Below, one piece after another: positions 51,295-62,571 of a DNA stretch of 64,000 nucleotides. Below the pieces are notes generated by a model, which was not told the origin of the DNA, ran no database searches, and saw only the letters and a list, made by a program, of their open reading frames with translations. Origin of the DNA: Chiloscyllium plagiosum (taxonomy: Eukaryota); the NCBI RefSeq assembly GCF_004010195.1, contig NC_057742.1:25334056-25398055 (forward strand). Reading direction: 5' to 3'. Position 1 is the first letter of the stretch; each line of letters begins with the position of its first letter. Both the position numbers and the translations under genes were made by a program.

Positions 51295-51990
51295 TCAAAT
51301 ACAAACACAAAGTGTTGGAGAAATTCTGTCTGACAGGCAGCATTTTTGAGGAGAGAAAAAGCTAATGTTTTGAGTCCAATATGATTCTTCATTTGAACTG
51401 AAGGAGCTGGAAAAATGATGCCTTTTACACGGTCAAAAAAGGGGGAGGAAGAAGGAGTGGATTTAATGGTCAGGGCACCAAGAGCAAAAGACAAAAGGAG
51501 TGTTAAAGATTGTAGAATTCAGATAAATGCGGAATATGGTAAGTGTTAATTGCAGAAAATAAGTTAGCTCGACTAAGAGTAGACCCTTGCAAACAAGACA
51601 CTGGGAATTGGTGAGGGGAGGGAATGCATTCAAAATGGAGGGCCATATTCATGTTTTGAAGTTGTTGAACTCAATGTTGTATTCTGAAGGCAGGAAGAGC
51701 AAAAAGTAAGGTGTTAGGCCCAAGATAGAGGAGTGTGCCTGAGAGCAAGATGGTAAGACACTGGGAATTGGTGAGGGGAGGGAATGCATTCAAAATGGAG
51801 GGCCATATTCATGTTTTGAAGTTGTTGAACTCAATGTTGTGTTCTGAAGGCAGGAAGAGCAAAAAGTAAGGTGCTGTTCATCCACTTTGAGTTGAGCTTC
51901 CCTGGAACACTGTGTTAGGCCCAAGATAGAGGAGTGTGCCTGAGAGCAAGATGGTGTATTTAAATGACAAGCGACTGAAAGGGCAAGGTC
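51295..51990 (-). mobile_element. Old Penelope-like 3' fragment containing a tandem duplication
   Basis: Reverse QCSREAQLKVDEQHL..NIEFNNF GIY-YIG end and pLTR tail (AATGCTGCCTGTCAGACAGAATTTCTCCAACAC). Confidence 0.65.
51595..51955. repeat. Tandem duplication: 160 bp copy (41-bp internal deletion) plus 201 bp copy
   Basis: 51595-51754 vs 51755-51955 differ by one visible substitution and the deletion. Confidence 0.92.
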
Positions 51991-52004
51991 AATACTGTGA
52001 ATGA

Positions 52005-53180
52005 ATGGAGGTGATCTGCAAAGCAGTCTCTGCGCAGGGGTCAGTGTTGTTTGTCATTTTTGTAGATGATTTGAATGAGAATAGAGGAGACATAATTAGT
52101 ATGCTTGTGGATGACACCAAAATTGTTGGGGCAGTGGACAGTGATGAGGATCTTGATCAGTTGTGCCAACGGGCCCAGGAAGGCAGATGAAGTTTAATTT
52201 AGATAAATTCAGATGTTGCATTTTGGTAAGACAAACCAGGGCAGTACTTACACAGTTAATGGTAGGGCCCTGGGGAGTGTTGTCAAACAGAGAGAGACCT
52301 AGGGGTGCAGGTACATAGTTCCTTGAAAGTGGAGTCACAGGTGTACAGGGTGGTGAAGAAGTCATTTGACACGCTTGCCCTCATTACTCAGAGCATTGAG
52401 TAGAGGAGTTGGGATGTCAATTACGGTTGTACAGTCATGATTTGGAGATGCAGGTGTTGGATTGAGATGTACTAAGTTAAAAATCACACAACACCAGGTT
52501 ATAGTCCAACAGGTTATTTGGAAGCACTAGCTTTCAGAGCACTGCTCCTTCATCAGGTGGTTGTAAGGAGCAGTGCTCCGAAAGCTAGTACTTCCAAATA
52601 AACAGTTGTACAGGACGTTGGTGAGACTGCTTTTAGAGTACTGCATTCAGTTCTGGTTGCCCAGCTATAGGAAGGTAATTATTGAATTAGAAAGGGTGCA
52701 GGAATGATTTACAAGGATGTTACCGGGACTAGAGAGTTTGAGTTATAAGGAGAGGCTGGATAGGTTGAGACTTGTTCCCTGGAGCATAGGAGGCTGAGGG
52801 GTGATCTTTTGAGATTAATAAAATCATGAGGGACATACATAAAATGAATTGCCAAGGTCTTTTCCCCTGGGTAGGGGAATACAAAACTAGAGGACATAAG
52901 TTTATGATGAGAGTGGAAAGATTTCAAAGGGACCTGAGGGGCAATATTTTCACACATAGGGTGGTTCATGTGTGGAATGAATTGCCAGAGGAAATGATAG
53001 ATGCAGAAACAATTACAACATTTACATAGTCATACAGCACGGAAAAAGACTCTTCAGTCCAACTCACACATCCCTACAAGTTTCCTAAACTAAACTAGTC
53101 TTATTTACCTGGATTAGGCCCATATCCCTCTAAACCTTTCCAATTAATGTACCTGCCCAAATGTCTTTTAAATATTGTTA
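52005..53180 (+). mobile_element. HER1/CR1 LINE RT-3' region; terminal ~150 bp present in inverted orientation (53028-53180)
   Basis: FVIFVDDL..VDDTKI and THRVVHVWNELPEE motifs, then a reverse-strand tail. Confidence 0.88.
52435..52604. mobile_element. Short fold-back Penelope-like pLTR insert with 9-bp TSD, nested in CR1
   Basis: 52507-52550 and 52565-52607 are inverted. GTTGTACAG at 52426-52434 and 52605-52613. Confidence 0.88.
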
Positions 53181-54486
53181 CTATGAAGCTTTGTGTTGTG
53201 CACGAAATTCATTGAGGTAGAGTTCAAAGGGATAAAATGTTATTCTTTTCTGAGTACAGACCAGTCAGCATCAGATAGCAGAAAGTCAATGTGTAGATAG
53301 CACTATTGGCATCATATTAGCTTCACAAACCACTGTACCAAGGTAGCATCCTGCGTACATCCCATCAAAACTTCAGACCCATCTTTGATCAATCATCACC
53401 ACTCATTGCCTAAAATATATCTGTTAAATGAGCTAACTTGGCTCTCAAAAGAAACATCAAAATTTTTGCAATTGAAATTTTGCTTGTAACTTAAATTTCA
53501 CCAAATAAAAAGCAATCTATAAAGCACAATGGGAACTTTCACCATAGGAAGTGTATGCAACTTTACAAGTATTCCCAAGTCATTTTCTAGCATGGTACAT
53601 AATATGCTGAAATTAAACTGCTGGTTTTAGAATGATTTTTGGGGCTTGAAATACCACAAATATTCAGAAAAATCAGTGGTATTATATTTAATACATCAGT
53701 TCACAACAGAAAACTGTAAATAGACAGTGGATTCAATCATTTTAGCTTAGAAATCTCATATTTAAACAATATTAAAACATAAATTTAAAGAAATTCGCAG
53801 AACACTTTATATCTTAAAATAAGTAGACAAGGTTCTGGGTAATAGGTTTTAAGCTGTCACTGAGGACTCACAGAAAACAAATGTTATCTCGAAATTCGTG
53901 AGTGAAGTGTGAAAACAAGCATAAAACACTGATGGGCTTAACATCATTAGTGGATAACAGTTTTTTTCATGCCATCACGCTTCGGTTAGGTATAAGTATT
54001 GGAACAAATCATAATTCACTGAATTAGTGACTAAATTAGTTGACAATGACAATCCAGGAAATAAAGTATAATAAAGTGAACTGTCAGAATTCACTAAGGT
54101 CCCACAACTCATTTGCATAAAGTAATTTAAGTTTTATAGGATAATTACAAATTCATAATGTAATACAGCATTCTTTTAAAATCAGATTAAGTATTAAACA
54201 ATCATTATTTTGTTGCTCAAATCCTGTTTAAGTAAAAGTAAGAAAACAAAGCCTTATGAAATCTTAATTCCATAACAGATAAATCAAATTCAATTTTTTA
54301 TGACATATACATGTGAAGTGCAAATATAAATAATTTGAAGGAAACATTAAGGGAGTTAAGCATCAGATGAGAGAATGAAAATCAGGAGCAGAGGAAGTTA
54401 CATTTTATGGTTATCATAAGGCACCAGTATTTATGACATGTAGCTTTTTAAATAGTGCAACCAGAATACTACCTTATACAGGCAAG

Positions 54487-54797
54487 AGTCATAGAGATGT
54501 ACCACATGGAAACAGACCCTTCGATTTTACTCATTCATGCCGACCAGATACCTTAAAGTAATCTAGTCCCATTTGCTAGCAATTGGCCCATATCCCTCTA
54601 AACCCTTCCTATTCATATACCCTATTCAGAAGCCTTTTAAATGTTGTAATTGTACCAGCTTCCACCACTTCCTCTGGCATGTCATTCCATACGCGCACCA
54701 CTATCTGTGTGAAAAAGTTGTCCCTTAGGTTTGTTTTAAATGTTTCCACTCTCACCCTAAACCTATGCCCTCTAGTTCTGGACTCCCCCACCCCAGA
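54487..54797 (-). mobile_element. HER1 3' end
   Basis: ORF 54609-54821 (ESRTRGHRFRVR..WNDMPEEVVEAG) plus tail. Confidence 0.92.
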
Positions 54798-55003
54798 GAT
54801 GTTGTACACCTCAACAATCACAATGCAACACTGTGATGGAAGTCAACATGAAGTCAACATGGCTGGGTAGCTGTTTGATATACTTCTACAGCTGATGTTC
54901 ATGTTAATCATTCACTCAGGCTATGTACCAGCAGCACTCTGAGAGTGCAAGGGCCAATAATATAAATACCAGGAGAAGCAAGATGCAAAATATCAAACTT
55001 TAC

Positions 55004-55083
55004 CCTTGTTGGCCTGAATGCATCATATATTGTTTTCGCCCTTTCATTCCAGTTTGTGTCAGCCTCTTTCTGCATTTTCCCTT
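55004..55083 (-). CDS. Putative host exon ((K)GKMQKEADTNWNERAKTIYDAFRPTR)
   Basis: Acceptor TTTGTTAAG|AAG (NAGNAG, alternative start 55080), donor AGG|GTAAAG. Phase 1-0 fits both neighbours. Confidence 0.65.
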
Positions 55084-56174
55084 CTTAACAAATTTCAAAT
55101 ATAAAGGACAAATGATCCAATGCTGTCTGACACATCATGCACCAACATAACTGGTTCTGCCATCTCCATCGAGCTGAGAATTAGACTGATCGAGAGGGTA
55201 AATAACAAAGATTGGACCAGATTTTCTAATTATCATCAGAATGGATCTGTCACACAGTAATTCTAATAAAAGATTGGCCACCTACCAGTCACCGATTATT
55301 CGGGCCGGACTTCTAATGCTGGCCCGTTCAGATGCCCCATCAGAGGAAATTGGCTAGGAATCTACTCGCACAGATCTACTCAGAGCTGGTGCCAAGACAC
55401 ATTCCTTTATAATGGCAATAGCCACTGTATTCCAGTCATTAAAACACTTGCAAGTCCCAGAGTCACTTTGAAAGTGAGCAGGTGGGTGACGGGGTAGGAT
55501 GTCAGGTGTGTGAAGGGGTAGGGAGGCAGATGAGTGTGCAGGATGCCAAGTGGATGAGGTGGCTGCCAGCTGGGTAAGGGAATAGACTGGAAGGATGTTG
55601 AGGGGGTAGGGTACCAGTTGGGTGAAGGAGTGACATGGAATTTGGTATGGTGGGAGTAGATGATCAGTACAGGTGGCAGTTAAGTGGGAGAGAGGTCATT
55701 TGGCTCAGATATCAAGGGTGAAATTCATGGATGGAAATAGTGAAGGGTCAGATATCCATGGCAGGAGTTGGGGAGGATGTTAGGTGCCCACAAAGGTACA
55801 TCTGGGTACTGGGGGGGGAGAGGCTGTCTGTCTGAAGAGTGGGAGGTGAGAGTTGGGTAATTCGAGAAAGGTCACATAGGGTGTAAGGATAGTTTCTGGG
55901 GATAAGGAGTCAGGATGGGGTTTGGGAGGGGCAGGTATCCATATGGTAGGTACGATCAAATGTCTGGAGAAGAGTTGAAGGGATGAATTAGGAGAGTCGG
56001 TTTTACAGTTAGCCAGGAGTTAGTGCAGATTTTAATACCTCAATCTTTTCCCATGTAATAACTGGTGTGAGTGAGTCAAAATCCTCTGAAATCTCCACTA
56101 TACAATGATGAACACTGCTAACTAGGTCAAGACTGCATTATTATAATTTCACAAAGGCCTGTATAACACAAAAA

Positions 56175-56545
56175 TAGAAAGTTGGATTTACATAGCAGCT
56201 TTAATGAGTAAGACATCCCAAGGTGCATCGCAGGAGCATTAAGTTGCACACCAGACATCATAAGGAGATAGGTGAACCTTGCATAAAAAGTAGGTTCTTG
56301 GGACATCTTAAAGAAGAAAGGGAGATGTGGAAAAACAGAAAGGTGAATGAAGAAAATTCAATGGTGCAGAGAGTAAGGAATAGCTATCAATGTTGTGGTT
56401 TTGGAGGGAGTAACACAGATAAGGAGAGGTGAGGAGCTATGGAAGGATTATAAAAATGGATAAGAATTTTAGAGTTGATACATTGTACAACTGGGACCCA
56501 TTTTTGGTCAGTGTGCATAGTCATAATACAACAAACAGGCTTGGA
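56175..56545 (-). mobile_element. Old L2-like LINE 3' end
   Basis: TTGGATTTACATAGCAGCTTTAAT..CATCCCAAGGTGC tail, as at 31305. Confidence 0.55.
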
Positions 56546-56924
56546 GTGATTAAAAAAGGAAACTACTGGCAATACTCAGCAGCTCTGGCAGCTCTGAGAA
56601 GAAAGAACTAGAGTTAATGCTTCAAATCTGTGACATATCTGAATTGGATGTGAGTTGGAATACAAAAAACAAAGGGCTTGGTTTTACCAATTTTTCTGCA
56701 GGGCTTCTCACTGCAAGTCCTATTGAGTTTTCATCTCAAAAACCACCTCATTACCGATGCACCCTGCCCTTATGGTGCCCCATGCATTGTTTGCTCCCAC
56801 TCACCACAGACAGAAATACTGACTACTGTTGGAACATCCTGGGATTCCTGGCCATAGCACCATACTTAAAATCCAGCTGTACACTCAGTCAAACACTGGC
56901 CATCCATAGGTAATCCAACCATGA

Positions 56925-57155
56925 CTTGCCAGTTGATTTAGCTCAGTTGACTGGATGGTTGGTTTGCAAAGCAGTGTGATGCCAACTGCATGGGTTGATT
57001 TCCACACCAGCTGAGATTACCATGAAGAACTCTTTGTCTCAACATCTCCCCTTGCCTGAGGTGTGCTGTCCCTCAGGTTAAGTCACCACCAGTTGTCTCT
57101 TTCTAATGAGAGAGCAGCCCTACGGCATGGTAAGACTATGGTGACTTGACTTGTA
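56925..57155 (+). mobile_element. tRNA-derived SINE of a third family
   Basis: TTAGCTCAGTTG A-box, GGGTTGATTTCC B-box-like, and a GGTAAGACTATGGTGACTT tail. Confidence 0.6.
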
Positions 57156-57662
57156 CTTGACTTGTCAGATAGAGGAAAACTGGAATCCATGCAGTAGCTC
57201 CCATTAAGGTTCCCTGAAACGTTAGGGACTATTGTCCAAGATGGAGGTCTGGAAGAGTAAGCAGAAAGCTGGATATGCCAGTGATCTGTTCTAAATTTCA
57301 TGTCAGGAATTGTTGTTGTACAATTTCTGTTGGATGGTGGGTGAATGGGAAAAGTACATTTCACTGAAGCAAGATGATATAATACTGATGCATACATGCT
57401 AACACATTCAAGTTGGCCTCTTGCCATTCACAAGCAAGATCTTGCTTTGTTACTCAACACTTGGTTTGAAAATGGGACCTTTCGCTCTCAAAGTTGGGAA
57501 TCTCCTTACAGCCAATATCAGATGATTCTCTCAACTTTCAGATATTTGCATGCCTTGTTCAGTGGCTGGGAAAATTCTGACAAGAGTTTACAATGTGCTG
57601 AGTTTTATAGAAGTTGAAACATGCAATGTCAGCCACAACAGCAACAGAGTGGTCTATCTAGA

Positions 57663-58343
57663 TGTGATGATGCTGTGTCTTTAAGAGTTTATTTTGTCCT
57701 GCTTTTTTTTTTAAGAGAGGTTTTAAGATAGAGATGGTGAACTGTCTACTTGGAAAGCCAGTAAAATAAACAACTTGTGAGGCCTTGGGTGTTTTTTTTT
57801 CATGTTGGAACAATAGAAGCATCCTGGATGGCTGTGGCCAGCTCTTGTAGACCAGGATTTCTTTTCGTTTTAGTTTACAGGTTTAGTTTTAAGCAGTTGA
57901 TGTTGGAATCTCAGCAGGGCAAATGCTGCTGGAGTTTTGAAGAAATAAAAGCTATCTTTTCCTTTTCTCAGTTACAGCTAAAAGCTGGGGATTCTCTCTG
58001 CTGCTGGGTTTCCTGTGAGACAAGTCTATTTTCTGCATTTGCCTTTCTGCCAAACGGTGTGTTTGTGGGATATTACGATATTGGAACAGTTAATTAGTAA
58101 TAGTTACTGTATCTATTATTCTGTTAAGTTTTCCAGTAGAGTTAAGTTATTCTAAGTCCTTTTTTCTTTTATTGTATGTTAACTATAATGTTTGAATAAA
58201 TTATGTTTTGCTCAACATTGAGTAGTTTGACTAGTTGAATTGCATCTGGAATATAGCACTTTACATTTGCCTTTAAAATAACAAGTTAGGGTCTAGGCTA
58301 CCTTCTTAAAATTTTTTGAGGGTGTCTGGTCTGGTCCATAACA
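57663..58343 (+). mobile_element. Solo LTR related to the Gmr1-like LTR at 22454-23100
   Basis: TGTGA...CATAACA termini, internal AATAAA, and a 3' end (AAGTTAGGGTCTAGGCTACCTTCTTAA..GGTCTGGTCCATAACA) similar to that LTR. Confidence 0.75.
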
Positions 58344-58431
58344 TGAGGAGGACCCTTTCATCCTCACTGTTCTAAACTTTACTCGAAGGACACAAGTAAA
58401 TAACACATCGCGCCTGATTCTCAATTAATAC

Positions 58432-58513
58432 TTTTCATTGAATATATTTTATTTAGTAGGTGCCATAATAAATGGGATTTTTGCATATCTTTTAAATCAT
58501 TTTGCTTAGATGC
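58432..58513 (-). CDS. Putative host exon (ASKQNDLKDMQKSHLLWHLLNKIYSMK)
   Basis: 82 bp, fully open, phase 0-1, which is the phase needed to join 58599 to 55083. Acceptor TCTTCAG has a weak polypyrimidine tract. Donor GTATTA. Confidence 0.6.
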
Positions 58514-58598
58514 CTGAAGACCCTTTTTTTGGATCTGTTAAGTGTTCCTGGCCAGAAAAGTAGCGATATTGCAATCTCGGTGTTTTTTTTCTTAATAC

Positions 58599-58676
58599 CT
58601 TTTGATTTGGCTCGAAATGCTGAAGTGCTCGCACAAAGCAGAAAATATATAACCTCTGAATGTCTTGGGAGTTGTC
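58599..58676 (-). CDS. Putative host exon (DNSQDIQRLYIFCFVRALQHFEPNQK)
   Basis: Acceptor TTTTTCTGCACATTTTCAAAG, donor AAG|GTATTA, 78 bp, phase 0-0. Confidence 0.7.
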
Positions 58677-59390
58677 CTTTGAAAATGTGCAGAAAAATAC
58701 ATTGATGTCACTGTCAATCAAGTGTACCTCAAATCAGCACACTTGACACATACCCCATCATTGCAAGCTCCTGCTGGATAAAATGGAATTTCATTGATAC
58801 TGACTGGTTTTACATTTGAAGTGTTTCAATCTAGAATGGCAACAGACATTACATTTACATAATTCATTTCACTCTGCAATCTGAGGGTGTGGAAAATCAT
58901 TGACTTCAGAAGATAGTACTTTAGTCCTGACTTAAATTGGCCCACAGAAAATAGAATTCAAAATGGAATTTTAGAACAAAACCATCATACCTTATTAATG
59001 ACCAAAATTAGTGGCTTTCCGAATTGAGTTGCTGGAGTCTTTCTTCTAACAATGCTCTTCTAATCGCAATATATCCCATCAATTTTCACACAACGGAATT
59101 GAACATCCAGAAGTTTAATGCACAAGAAATCATTCATTAAACTAGGAGACAATGTGGTGATCTATTTCTTGAAATCTGAAGCGGAAACTTTCTCAGGAAT
59201 TGGGATGGGAATATTTTTGAGGTAATTCTAATAAGTCAAAGTTCTTCTTTATCAGGATATCATTCGGCACAGATGGTTGACATGTGCTGCCTGCTATGCT
59301 ACCATTTGTTCGCAAACTGATGTACATACCTATTGGCTCAGTTTCAGAAGAGACGTTAGGAGGATGTAGATTTCTATGCTTAATACTCAC

Positions 59391-59434
59391 CTTCTGGGTG
59401 AATTTAAACTTACAATAATTAATTGGAATTTCAT
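59391..59434 (-). CDS. Putative host exon (xEIPINYCKFKFTQK)
   Basis: Perfect donor AAG|GTGAGT. Acceptor TTTCCTCTGTAAGAG, where the second AG gives phase 1-0. Confidence 0.6.
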
Positions 59435-59469
59435 CTCTTACAGAGGAAATTAATTACTACTTGCCTTCA

Positions 59470-59990
59470 AACATTTCTTTGATTCATTCCTGAGACATGG
59501 GAAAAGCCAGCATTTATTAACCATCTCCATTGAGAAGAAGACAGTAAATTGCATCCTTGAACCATTGAAATCTATGTGATGTAGGTGTGGTTAGGGAAGG
59601 AACTCCAGGATTTTGACCCAGAAACAATGAGGGTATGGCAATATCGTTCCAAATCAGGACTGGCTTGGAACAAAACTTACAGGTGATTGTGTTCCCTTTA
59701 ATCCACTGCCTACATCCCACGAGATGATAGATGTCACAAGTTTTGAAGGTGCTGTCAAAGGAAGCTTCAGAATAGTACACACTGCTGCCATTTTATGCTA
59801 ATGGTGAAGGGAGTGAATGATTATGTGGTTAGTTGGTTATCTTCTGAGTGTTATCAATGCAGCACTCATCCAGGCAAGTGGAGAATACTCCACCACACTC
59901 CAGTTTTATGCTTGGTAGATGGAGGAAAGACATTGATGAATCAGGTGATGAGTTACTCAATACAAAATTCCCAGACTCTGGTCTTCTAGG
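59470..59990 (-). mobile_element. Old LINE 3' region
   Basis: ATTCATTCCTGAGACATGGG..GCCAGCATTTATT tail, similar to the Deu-SINE tail. TTCCAAATCAGGA segment shared with 24350-24605. Confidence 0.6.
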
Positions 59991-59994
59991 CATG

Positions 59995-60396
59995 CCCACC
60001 TTGAAGACATTCTTCTCTTCTCTCCAACGGGATTTCTAGTCCAATCTTTTCTCTTGTCCACTGACATTAATTTCATTGTCACTACTGGTGTTTGATCAGG
60101 TGTTTGCGAAAACTCGTTTCCACAGCCACATCACATTTCTCAATGATTGCCTCTGGCTCAGACTCACCCCATGTGGATTCCAACTCAAATTTCATCCCAC
60201 CTTGAAGACATTCTTCTCTTCTCTCCAACGGGATTTCTAGTCCAATCTTTTCTCTTGTCCACTGACATTAATTTCATTGTCACTACTGGTGTTTGATCAG
60301 GTGTTTGTGAAAACTCATTTCCACAGCCACATCACATTTCTCAATGATTGCCTCTGGCTCAGACTCACCTCATGTGGATTCCAACTCAAATTTCAT
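59995..60396. repeat. Tandem duplication, 2 x 201 bp
   Basis: 59995-60195 and 60196-60396 are identical except for three visible transitions. Confidence 0.95.
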
Positions 60397-60629
60397 CTCG
60401 TGCTTTGAATCCACTCATGATCATGGGTATCTCCGTGCTACTCAACGTTCCACAGACGTTGTTCTTGCCACATTCTGAGATCCACAATCAGTGCCAAGAG
60501 GCATTGTAGGTCCACTCTCGACTCCTCTCTCCAACAGCATTGCATCACGCTGGCTCAGGGCTGCACAGTTCCACTTTATCCTCCGGTTCATTCGCTATAC
60601 TAACAAGAAATATTTTATTTTCCTTTCAG

Positions 60630-60740
60630 GCATCATTTCTGAGGAAGGATCACCAGACCCAAAATGTTAACTCTGATTTCTCTTCACAGCTGCTGTCAGA
60701 CCTGCTGAGCTTTTCCAGCAACTTATGTTTTGGTTTCTCA
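60630..60740 (+). mobile_element. Penelope-like pLTR tail fragment
   Basis: TCTGAGGAAGGATCACCAGACCCAAAATGTTAACTCTG..GACCTGCTGAGCTTTTCCAGCA. Confidence 0.65.
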
Positions 60741-61289
60741 AAAGAAATTCACACTTGAGTGCCAAAATCTGAGGAAGCTGAACAAATATTCTAAAATATA
60801 ACTACCAGTCCAAGGTAATCCAGACATCTTGCTGTTACATTCTGTGTATGTTATTATAACTCTGGCACACTATCAAACTTCCCCACTGTTGTCAGCAGCA
60901 CTCACTGTTTAAAGACATCAAAACAGAACTTGAATAATCAGCAGAACAAAGTACTAAAATTAATCATAATTCTTCAAATGACTTCTTTTTTAGAGGAGGT
61001 TGTGACAGTCAAACTTGGTTTTTAAACTGGAATTTTTTACAAGCAACTTCTATCTTTTACAATCTGTTAATTCCATTCCATTTTTGAAATTTAAGCAACA
61101 AATATTTTAAAAGTAAATGATGTGACTTCTCTTTCCTTTGAAACATTTTTTAAATTAAGATTATCAACTCTAAACTATTTTAACATGTAAAGAGTCACAG
61201 TCTTTCAATAAATTCCACTGTCAATCTCCACTGCCTGAAATATTTTTCCAAACATCAAAATTGAGAAGCTAATTTGTAAGGAAATCTTA

Positions 61290-61892
61290 GATATCTGTAA
61301 GAATGATAAGGTTGTAATGGTAGAGAATTTTAACTTTCCAAACACAGACTGAAGCTGCCATCATGTTAAGGGCTTGGATGGAGAGGAATTTATTAAATGT
61401 GTACAAGTAAATTTTCTTGTTCAGTATGTGGATGTACGTACTAGAGAAGGAACAAAACTTGACCTTCTTTTGGGAAATAAGGCAGGGCAAGTGACTGAGG
61501 TGGCAGTGGTGAAGCAATTTGGGATCAGTGATCATAATTCTATTAGTTTTAAAATAGTTATGAAAAGGATGGACCTGATGTAAAATTCAAATTTCGAGTC
61601 ACAGGTAGATATGATAGTGAAGAAGGCATTTGGTATGCTTTTCTTTATAGATTAGAGCATTGAGTATAGGAGTTGGGAGATGCCAGATCGTCAAAGAGTG
61701 CCATAGAAGGAAAGCTGCAATTAGGAAATACTGAGCCATGCTCCTCGGGTGCTGCCTGACCTGCTGTGTTTTTCCAGCACCACTCTAATCTAGACTCTGG
61801 TTTCCAGCATCTGCAGTCCTTGCTTTTACCTAGTTGGATGAAAGGGTCTGTTTCTATACAGTGTAACTCTGTGACTCTATAACTCTATGACA
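61290..61892 (+). mobile_element. Fragmented CR1 (endonuclease end, RT piece, tail) with a PLE fragment at 61738-61830
   Basis: TREGTKLDLLLGN..GISDHNSI (APE C-terminal SDH motif) and an (ACTCTATG)n-like tail. Confidence 0.8.
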
Positions 61893-61992
61893 TTGCTTGA
61901 TATTGATTTCAAATTGTGTTGTTAACTGAATTACACAATGGTAAATTTCATTTAAACATAATTGGATTATATTATTATAGAAGTCGTATCAC

Positions 61993-62112
61993 CATTGTCT
62001 GAGAAGTTGAAAATGAGGTAATATTTAAAACTGAAATGAAGAGAAGCATTGCAGATTGTTAAAGTGCATGAATGACTAGTTATTACTAAATAAGGCTGAA
62101 GAGAAATCTTGG
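61993..62112 (-). CDS. Possible symmetric host exon (SKISLQPYLVITSHSCTLTICNASLHFSFKYYLIFNFSDN)
   Basis: Strong acceptor CTTCATTTTACTTCAG, 120 bp open, phase 1-1. The donor GTGATA is weak and the composition is intron-like. The model stays in frame without it. Confidence 0.35.
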
Positions 62113-62236
62113 CTGAAGTAAAATGAAGTATAAAGTAATACAATATCATTAGCAGGACTGTCAACAAAAAAGACACACACCAATTGGGAAAGATACTTTG
62201 CAGGTTGTGCACTTTCAAACAATTCAAGACACTTAC

Positions 62237-62312
62237 AAGGAGTCAGGAAACTTATCATAAAATCACAAAAGACTTCAGGATGATAGACCCTACTCAACTC
62301 AGCTTGGTTCAT
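62237..62312 (-). CDS. Putative host exon (MNQAELSRVYHPEVFCDFMISFLTP)
   Basis: Acceptor TTTCAAAATAG, consensus donor GTAAGT, 76 bp, phase 0-1. Confidence 0.68.
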
Positions 62313-62571
62313 CTATTTTGAAATACTCTAAAAGTCCTCCATTCAATTTAGCAGGGTTTTTGGTGTTACTGCTATATCTTTTCCATACATTGACTGTGCT
62401 TTCCTTATATCAGCCGTCGTAAGTTTGCTATTCATTAGTTTGAAACTACATCCTCTCACCTGATTCATAATTTACATTGACAGAATTTTCCATTTATTTT
62501 CCATCTCATGAATTATATTTTTTATCTGTAGAAGATACCATATTTCTACTGAACAGAGTAAAAATCCCAAC

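Noticed and set aside
55480-56000. G-rich purine tract as a possible G-quadruplex or regulatory array
   Set aside because: Low-complexity interior of a decayed repeat, with no regular period.
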